From positions 80,402 through 144,401 of the forward strand of contig JAUIER010000003.1 in the NCBI GenBank assembly GCA_030429765.1: 64,000 nt of DNA. The letters are read 5' to 3'. The stretch comes from a bacterium. Lineage in GTDB: Bacteria; Omnitrophota; Gorgyraeia; Zapsychrales; Zapsychraceae. Below are positions 57,478 through 64,000 of the stretch, piece by piece. A program made the position numbers and the translations under genes. Within the stretch, counting starts at the first letter, position 1, and the number at the start of each line of letters is the position of its first letter. The notes under the pieces were generated by a model. It made no database searches. It saw only the letters and a list, made by a program, of their open reading frames with translations, and was not told the DNA's origin.

Positions 57478-60400
57478 ATGTTGATTTCAATCAAACGGCA
57501 TTTCCGTCATCCGTTGTTTTGCGCGTTGGTGTCGATGCTGACATGTCAGTTATCATTTGCTGTCCCTGGCGTTGCGTCTACGCAAGCCTCGCAGGGAGTG
57601 GCTCTGCCTGAACCCGGCACGCTGGTGATGCCGAGCGCCGATTTTTATGCCCCGGTCCTCAAAGGGGTTCAAATCCATCCCGACCAGCCGTTTCATTTTG
57701 AATTTATTGTCGATCAGGGCGATCAGTCGATTTCCTTAAGCCAACTGGAGGCCGAGTCGTATCGCTTGATCAAATATTTTATGGCCGCCCTGGCCGTGCC
57801 TGAGCAGGACATGTGGGTGAACTTATCGCCCAATGATCATGATCGGGCGATCCCCGACAAATTCGCCCTGACCGCTATGGGACGTGATCTGCTCGCGCAG
57901 GATTATCTGCTCAAACAATTATCGGCGTCGATGATGTATCCCGAACATCGGCTTGGTGAAGATTTCTGGCAACGCGTGCGGCACTTGGCCCATCAACGCT
58001 TGGGCGTGACCGACATTCCCGTCAACACATTCAATAAAGTCTGGATCGTACCCGAACGGGCCGTGGTGTATCAAGACGGATATACCGCGTATGTGTCCGA
58101 AGGCCGGCTCAAGGTCATGCTGCAGTCGGACTATCAAGCCAGCGCATCCAGCCCGATGGGCGCGGGCAATCCCGACGATTCCACCGACCGGTTAGCCCAG
58201 GACATTTATCGTGAAGTGATTATTCCGGAACTGGAGCGAGAGGTGAATACCGGTCGACAGTTTGCCCGTTTGCGCCAGATCTATCATTCGTTGATTCTCG
58301 CGACGTGGTATCGCGAAGTCCTTGAGGACAGTTTGATCAATCAAGTGTATGCCGGACAGAATAAGATCCATGGCATTGAGATCGACGATCCCCGGGCCAA
58401 AGACGCGATCTATCAGCAATACATGGACGCGTTTCGCAAGGGCGTCTACAACTACATCCGCGAAGACTATGATCAATTGAAGGATCAGGTGATCCCGCGG
58501 CAGTACATGTCGGGCGGGATGCAGATCGTGCCGCGGATAGAGATTACCGACGACGCGCGCTCCGTCCGCACGCGCGGAGATCTGGCGATGGTCTCCACGC
58601 AACTGAATCTGCGCGGTGCCAACCGCACGATTGAGATCGCGGCGGATCTCGACGACAGTATCTTTGCCGGGATGCGAAAGAACGGCCGGCCCAAGGTTCA
58701 GTTAACGCATGCGGATCACGCCGAGCTCAAGGGATACCGTCCGGATGGAGAGACGGTCACACTTTTTACCTCACTACGTCAGCGGGTATACGGCCTGGAA
58801 ATTTCCGATGAGGGCGAACTCACGCACGTTTATCCTAACAATAAAAAAGACAAACCGGTGGCTTGGGCCTGGATTCGTGACGACGCCGGCCGGCGGACCG
58901 GAATTGTCGTCGGAGACAAGCGGACGCACGCGTCGCTGGGATACGGAACAAGTGCGGTCAAGATTAACGGGTGGATCGACACGCCGATTATAGCAAGTCA
59001 GCAGCGGCAGGACGCGGCCTTGATCCGCATCGGTCCACAGGCCCTGGGTAAACGACAACTCTTTGCGGTGTTGCCGCCGGATGCGGCCGGCGAAACATTG
59101 GCGGTGCGCTATGAAGACGGTTTTCCGACGGCAGTTCGTCTGAGAGACGGGACCGTTGTTCCTGTTGGTCTGATCCGGAATCAGTATAATCAGGTGATCA
59201 AAGCCACGAACGGTTCGGCCGGTTTTGTTAAGCCGGATCGTGAGACAGCCACCAGCTACGAAAATATCCGAACGGATGCAGAGGGCATAGCGCGTTTGGG
59301 ATTCCGTCTCGAGCGAGTGGCCGACGGGGCCGGCTGGGCCAGTCTCCTGGTTGACCAATCAGTGGTGATCGCTCATGATATTTTTGATCAGCCGCGTCAC
59401 CAAACCTACGGACACGTGATCCGCAATCACCATGATGTCATCATTGCCGCCGCGTGGCGGGAACCCGACCAAGACCAACGGGAGGTAAACCCCAAGCCGT
59501 TGATGATCGTTCGCGATCTCCAAACACACCGGCCGAAGTACTCGGCGGCACCAACCAAATTCAAAGACACCGGCGACGCGATCGTGACCGGACGTCGTTT
59601 ATCGAAACACGGCAAGATTTATATCGGCGGACATTCGCTGAGTTTGGGGGCGACGTATGCCGATGCGCCGGTGGAATTGCTATGGCTGCCCAGCCAGGGT
59701 TATCTGCTGGTCGATGTCTTAAGTGAACGTGATCGTGAGGCGTTTGTGTTTGACTTGAATCGTGACGAAACCGTCACCGCCGAACAGCTAACTCTCGTCG
59801 ACAAATACCTGTCTGAGCTTGGGCTGGAATGGTATCTGGATCCGGCAGAGAAGGCGTATCGTTATGATCTCATCAATGAGTTGATGTCGGATCCGTTGTT
59901 CGCACAGCTGAATTTAAGATTATTTTCAACGCATCCGGCGGATTTACAGACCATTCAGTCTCAGTTGACTGTGCGCCGTCACATGCCGGTCAGGATTTGG
60001 GATCAGGCCCTGGATATCGCCGCCCGACGGATCGATCAATATAAACGCGATTATCCCGATCAGGTCGTCAACGGCAAGATTCCGATGCGGATCAAGCAGT
60101 CGATCATTCGCGATGTGTCGGACGAGGCCTGGTTGATGATCAATGCCGAACGTCCGCTGACGGAGAGCCCATCGGCTCAAATCTTTGAATCGTCGTCAAA
60201 CGAAACCGATGCGGCCATGACCAGCGATGGACCCACGCGGGCTGATATCGAACGGCTGTTCAAGGCGATTCTGGAAATTTACCGGTCCTACGCCGACGGT
60301 GAATTGGAGGACTATCCCACGGCGATGCGCCGGCTGGAGGCATTGGCCGAGCAGACCGCGTCGAATCCGGTCCTGCAGAGTTTTGTCCATGACCGGAAGA

Positions 60401-63400
60401 ATCCCATCCACGTGATTGAGTTCGGACTGGATGGTCAGTTGGTGGCGCGCGATAAGCTCGCGCAGTCCCTTCAGGATGACATCCGCGATATGGAGCTGGC
60501 CCTGGCCGGACTTCGATCGCTCGACGACACCGACCCCGCCCCGGTGACGGATGCGTATCCGGCCGAGATCAAATATTTTGAGTTAATCAATAAAGGACGC
60601 GGTTCGACGGATTCAGATGCCGCGATGGCGGGTATCGATACTTTTGTGGCTGAGCGGATCACACAATTGCAGGACGCGGTGACGGAACGTGAACAGGTGA
60701 CACCCAACACGGTTCGGCATGTCGCGGGGCTTTGGCTAAAAGCCCTCATCCAGGAGTGGGATTACGGCCGGAACATCGTTCACACACGGGCCGAGGCCGT
60801 CGAGATAGGGGAACGCCTGAACCGGGCGTGGAAGGCCGCCGGGTTCGACAAGGTTCGTTCATGGCCGGCGCAGGTGATGCTCATGGGCTCTCTGCAGGTT
60901 TCGGAAGACAAGTACTTTCAATTTGAAGATATGCAGGAGGCCTTGATCGAACATGCCACGCGGGAGGAAAAGATCTTGGCTTACTGGACCAAGGCGGTGC
61001 GCTCTGTCAGTCATCTCAGATATTACGGCAATCATCCGGAAGATGAATTTGAGGATCCGCTCGTCGATCAAACCGTCATTCAGGATACGGCGCGCAAATA
61101 CATCACCTTGCTGCTGGAAGACGCGCCCGAGAAGGCCACTCAAGATCAGCTGTGGGGATTGATCGTTTTGCTCGATCCGTTCATCTATCATCCTGACTTT
61201 TTAATTGATCAGTGGGCCAAGCATGCCTATAAGCAACCCAACGATCATGTCATGACCGCCAAGGTCCTCGACATTCTGAAGGATCTCAACGCGGAACAGC
61301 GGCAGCGATTCCAACAACTCGCCCGACGGGCGTTTGCGATATCGGATGACGAATGGGCGGCGGCTGGATTCCGGTCGCCGTACACAGACTTTATCATCCA
61401 TACCTTTAATGAACGACTGGACCACATGATGACTCAGATGTCGATCAAGTCCTCGAGTGAGTTCAGCGGGGATCACGTGCAGCTGATGGCCCGGTCCGAA
61501 GAATTTTTCGACGCCCATGTGGGATGGTATGCCTTAACGCGCGATCCCAGGGCGGTGCGCGAGATGATGTTCTCCAATAAACGGCATGCCCGTTATCCGG
61601 AGGCCGGTTTTCTGGGGCTGCGTCAGGCCATCGTCAAACGGCGATTGTTCAAGGCGATGGAACAAGATCCGCGGCATTACTATCGACGGGTCTTCGCGCA
61701 TCCATTGCTGGCGGATTCACCTAACTGGGGATTTTTAAGTGAGTTGTTGAGCGACGAGGCGATGATGGCCGATCCCGATGATATGACCGAACAGTTCCGT
61801 CGACGAATTGATCTAGCCATTGCTCAGGTGGGTTATCCTGGAATATCTGTATCCGAACAGGCTGCTCAAGATTTGCTTGCTGACTATGAACAGGGTTTTG
61901 ACGTGACGGAACGGATTGCCATTCCACGGATCAGCGTCTGGCTGATGCGTCACCAGATTCCTGTGTTTCAGTCTTATGAAATGCTAGCGGCCATCCACGT
62001 CGCCGCCGACAAGTGGCGAGCCAATTTCAATCAGACAGTGGAGCTTGAGGTTGGTGCCTTGATGAGCTTTACGAATGTGGTGGGGCTACCGATGTTTGGA
62101 TTTGAAGGATCGTGGACAGATGCGGAAGTGCAGACCGTTCGACGGATTATGGGGTGGTTGGATGGGGAAAAAGTCTCTACATTGAAAGGGTTGCAAGCTC
62201 GATTGTTGACATCTTCGGTAACATTTAAAAAGCGCGGCAGGGGATTCAGAGGCATTGCGGAGATCATACAAGGGATCATGCCGGCCGGTCCCCGTATACC
62301 TGGCGATAGACGCACAAACGCGATTCAGCTCGTCGACATTGATACAAGCTGGTTTACAGGGAATATCACATTCCCGATGATTCAGATTCTCAAGGAATTA
62401 TTGCTGGATCGGACGCAGGACAAGGATGTCATTGATGAAGACTACTTTGACTCACGAATTGCGGTGTTGGCCAAGATACAAGAGTTGTTAGAGCGGCTTG
62501 TCCTTCGGGAGCAGTCATTAATTGAAAACTTTGCGACAGCCTATCGCGCGCAATTGCAGGAAGAGCGTAGAACGTTGTTGTATACATGGCTGACCATGAT
62601 GCGCGGTGACGAAGAAATTTTAGATCTGGAACCTGATGATTTGTCGCACAGATTTACACTTTCAACGGATGATGTTTTGAAGGTATTAAGAGATTACTCT
62701 GAAGAGATCGATGACCGAGATCACGCGATGAAAGCCGGTGAGGCGTTTGAGAACAATCCGTATCATGAACCGCATTTTGATCTGATTGACAATCTGGAAC
62801 TGGCCGAGCGGTCGAATATCGTGATGATCGGGGCGGCGGAAAATCCGCAGGCCGGTTTGGCCTTCGCGATGCGCGGACATCATGTCAGGTCCATCACCAA
62901 GGATATCAAGGGGCCGACCGTGGAGGCGGCGCTGCAGGAGTCACTTGAGGCCGATATTTCCGGTCGGGGCGGACGGTATGTCACCAATCGGGAGACCGAC
63001 TATCTGGATGTCGACATCGACGCCGAATCGGTGGATGTGTATGTGGTGCCGGCGGTGCTCGACGATCCGCGCACCGTGCAGCAGGATTTGATGCTGGATA
63101 AAATGCTGCGCGAATTGCGGCCGGGCGGTCATCTGGTGCTGTCGTTTATCATCAATGCGTCGGGATGGGAGCGCTATGTCGAGCGGTTCGCGGCGTCACG
63201 CGGGTTTGAACTGGAGAAGACGTATGATTATACCGTGTCGGACGCGGCGGTGATCTATCGCGTTGTGCCGGATGCGGCCAGACAGCTGGCCGCCATGGCG
63301 TCGGAGATCGGCGCGGCCAATGATGAGGCCATGCTGGCGTTCAGTGAGTTTGACAACAAGATCGGGATCGATCCATTTTCCGGTCGTTTATCGGTGCTGT

Positions 63401-64000
63401 CCGATGAGCCGGTGTTTGTGCCGGCGTTTGAGTTATGGGCGGTGCGTCACGGTGAGACCGCCGGTAATGTTCAGCGCATCTTTCAAGGGGCGACGGACAC
63501 GTCGATCAATCAGTTGAATCAACGCGGACGCGAGCAGGCCGCAGAAGCGGCGCGCCTGATGTTTGAACAGCTCGAGGCCAAACTCAGGGCCGGTGATCAC
63601 GTTGTTATATTGACCAGTGAGTTCGCGCGGGCGAAAGAGACGGCGCAGGCCTTTGTGGATTTTGTTGAGGCTCAATTGGGGGATGCATCGAACTTAACCA
63701 TCGTCGAAGATGCCGGGGTCAATGAGATTGATTTCGGCGAACTCAACAATCTGTCCGAACAGGATGAGTTAACGGATCGTCAGCGCACGTTTATCGATCA
63801 GTATCGGTATCAGAAAAACGCGCGCGCGAAACCGGCCGGCGGCGAAAGCTATCTGGAATTGACCCAGCGGGTCCACCGATGGCTCAAAGAATTGAATCAG
63901 CGCTACGCGGACCAAACCGTGGTGATGTTTGGTCACGGTACATTTTTATCGGCCGTTCGGATGTTGACGGGGGATACGTCGATGAACGACGCCAGCGGTC
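57478..64000 (+). CDS. Giant secreted multidomain protein, N-terminal >=2,174 aa (3' end outside the window)
   Basis: Hand translation of frame +1 gives TAG at 57472-57474, ATG at 57478, and no stop up to nt 64000. The track lists no frame-1 ORF here because it requires a stop. The N-terminus MLISIKRHFRHPLFCALVSMLTCQLSFAVPGVASTQA is signal-peptide-like. No Shine-Dalgarno sequence is obvious, so the exact start is uncertain. Confidence 0.8.
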   Translation, partial: MLISIKRHFRHPLFCALVSMLTCQLSFAVPGVASTQASQGVALPEPGTLVMPSADFYAPVLKGVQIHPDQPFHFEFIVDQGDQSISLSQLEAESYRLIKYFMAALAVPEQDMWVNLSPNDHDRAIPDKFALTAMGRDLLAQDYLLKQLSASMMYPEHRLGEDFWQRVRHLAHQRLGVTDIPVNTFNKVWIVPERAVVYQDGYTAYVSEGRLKVMLQSDYQASASSPMGAGNPDDSTDRLAQDIYREVIIPELEREVNTGRQFARLRQIYHSLILATWYREVLEDSLINQVYAGQNKIHGIEIDDPRAKDAIYQQYMDAFRKGVYNYIREDYDQLKDQVIPRQYMSGGMQIVPRIEITDDARSVRTRGDLAMVSTQLNLRGANRTIEIAADLDDSIFAGMRKNGRPKVQLTHADHAELKGYRPDGETVTLFTSLRQRVYGLEISDEGELTHVYPNNKKDKPVAWAWIRDDAGRRTGIVVGDKRTHASLGYGTSAVKINGWIDTPIIASQQRQDAALIRIGPQALGKRQLFAVLPPDAAGETLAVRYEDGFPTAVRLRDGTVVPVGLIRNQYNQVIKATNGSAGFVKPDRETATSYENIRTDAEGIARLGFRLERVADGAGWASLLVDQSVVIAHDIFDQPRHQTYGHVIRNHHDVIIAAAWREPDQDQREVNPKPLMIVRDLQTHRPKYSAAPTKFKDTGDAIVTGRRLSKHGKIYIGGHSLSLGATYADAPVELLWLPSQGYLLVDVLSERDREAFVFDLNRDETVTAEQLTLVDKYLSELGLEWYLDPAEKAYRYDLINELMSDPLFAQLNLRLFSTHPADLQTIQSQLTVRRHMPVRIWDQALDIAARRIDQYKRDYPDQVVNGKIPMRIKQSIIRDVSDEAWLMINAERPLTESPSAQIFESSSNETDAAMTSDGPTRADIERLFKAILEIYRSYADGELEDYPTAMRRLEALAEQTASNPVLQSFVHDRKNPIHVIEFGLDGQLVARDKLAQSLQDDIRDMELALAGLRSLDDTDPAPVTDAYPAEIKYFELINKGRGSTDSDAAMAGIDTFVAERITQLQDAVTEREQVTPNTVRHVAGLWLKALIQEWDYGRNIVHTRAEAVEIGERLNRAWKAAGFDKVRSWPAQVMLMGSLQVSEDKYFQFEDMQEALIEHATREEKILAYWTKAVRSVSHLRYYGNHPEDEFEDPLVDQTVIQDTARKYITLLLEDAPEKATQDQLWGLIVLLDPFIYHPDFLIDQWAKHAYKQPNDHVMTAKVLDILKDLNAEQRQRFQQLARRAFAISDDEWAAAGFRSPYTDFIIHTFNERLDHMMTQMSIKSSSEFSGDHVQLMARSEEFFDAHVGWYALTRDPRAVREMMFSNKRHARYPEAGFLGLRQAIVKRRLFKAMEQDPRHYYRRVFAHPLLADSPNWGFLSELLSDEAMMADPDDMTEQFRRRIDLAIAQVGYPGISVSEQAAQDLLADYEQGFDVTERIAIPRISVWLMRHQIPVFQSYEMLAAIHVAADKWRANFNQTVELEVGALMSFTNVVGLPMFGFEGSWTDAEVQTVRRIMGWLDGEKVSTLKGLQARLLTSSVTFKKRGRGFRGIAEIIQGIMPAGPRIPGDRRTNAIQLVDIDTSWFTGNITFPMIQILKELLLDRTQDKDVIDEDYFDSRIAVLAKIQELLERLVLREQSLIENFATAYRAQLQEERRTLLYTWLTMMRGDEEILDLEPDDLSHRFTLSTDDVLKVLRDYSEEIDDRDHAMKAGEAFENNPYHEPHFDLIDNLELAERSNIVMIGAAENPQAGLAFAMRGHHVRSITKDIKGPTVEAALQESLEADISGRGGRYVTNRETDYLDVDIDAESVDVYVVPAVLDDPRTVQQDLMLDKMLRELRPGGHLVLSFIINASGWERYVERFAASRGFELEKTYDYTVSDAAVIYRVVPDAARQLAAMASEIGAANDEAMLAFSEFDNKIGIDPFSGRLSVLSDEPVFVPAFELWAVRHGETAGNVQRIFQGATDTSINQLNQRGREQAAEAARLMFEQLEAKLRAGDHVVILTSEFARAKETAQAFVDFVEAQLGDASNLTIVEDAGVNEIDFGELNNLSEQDELTDRQRTFIDQYRYQKNARAKPAGGESYLELTQRVHRWLKELNQRYADQTVVMFGHGTFLSAVRMLTGDTSMNDASG
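62815..63270 (+). other. Methyltransferase-like Rossmann module inside the giant ORF
   Basis: NIVMIGAAENPQAGLAFAMRGHHVRSI ... VDVYVVPAVLDD ... MLDKMLRELRPGGHLVLSF follows the class I SAM-methyltransferase motif order, but the glycine-rich motif I is atypical. Confidence 0.4.
63412..64000 (+). other. Histidine-phosphatase (phosphoglycerate-mutase-like) module inside the giant ORF
   Basis: ELWAVRHGETAGNVQRIFQGATDTSINQLNQRGREQA, ILTSEFARAKETA, NEIDFGELN, GGESYLELTQRV and VVMFGHGTFL appear in this order. The RHG codons are at 63445-63453. Confidence 0.7.

Noticed and set aside
58192-63675. Many 60-194-aa ORFs on the minus strand and in + frames 2 and 3 between 58.2 and 63.7 kb. Examples are 58774-59358 (minus) and 58709-58993 (plus).
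   Set aside because: All of them overlap the uninterrupted frame +1 giant ORF. They are what is expected as off-frame shadows of a G+C-rich coding region.

Overview
This is a 64-kb chromosomal segment from an LPS-making (diderm) bacterium. The lineage cannot be determined from the sequence alone. The gene content and a giant secreted ORF resemble uncultivated PVC/Omnitrophota-like genomes, but that is only a guess. All of the roughly 60 credible genes lie on the + strand. They are tightly packed and often share ATGA-type start/stop overlaps.

- **1-12.4 kb: LPS inner-core cluster.** It contains an ELM1/DUF1022-like gene, a GT4-GT9 fusion, a GT4 gene, three further GT9 heptosyltransferase-like genes, a heptose-7-P kinase, kdsB-kdsA-kdsD-kdsC, an LptC/LptA-like gene and lptB.
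- **12.4-55.5 kb: housekeeping genes.** These are tig-clpP, a class V aminotransferase with serA, purA, uppS-cdsA-dxr-rseP, a CpaF-type ATPase, proS, rimP-nusA-infB, trpS, scpA, ruvB, a spoIID-like gene, queA-tgt-trmD-rplS, rnhB-yraN, an fchA-like gene with folD, polA, glgA, coaE, rho, rpmE, prfA-prmC, murA and trpGDCF.
- **55.5-57.5 kb: the only atypical stretch.** A 568-nt gap holds a promoter, a structured RNA and a terminator, and I cannot assign the RNA to a known family. It is followed by a two-gene cassette that looks A+T-richer by eye: a free-standing EF-Tu-domain-III-like protein and a DUF2459-like lipoprotein.
- **57,478 to the window end: one uninterrupted frame +1 ORF.** It has at least 2,174 codons and no stop, so it is absent from the supplied ORF track. 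It encodes a giant protein with a signal-peptide-like N-terminus. Its visible tail carries a methyltransferase-like Rossmann module and a histidine-phosphatase (RHG) module.

I saw no rRNA, tRNA, CRISPR array, transposase or integrase. Several ORF-track starts are over-extended, because TTG/GTG starts are shown as M, and I trimmed them by reading the DNA. All family assignments rest on motif recognition by eye and from memory. No searches were run.
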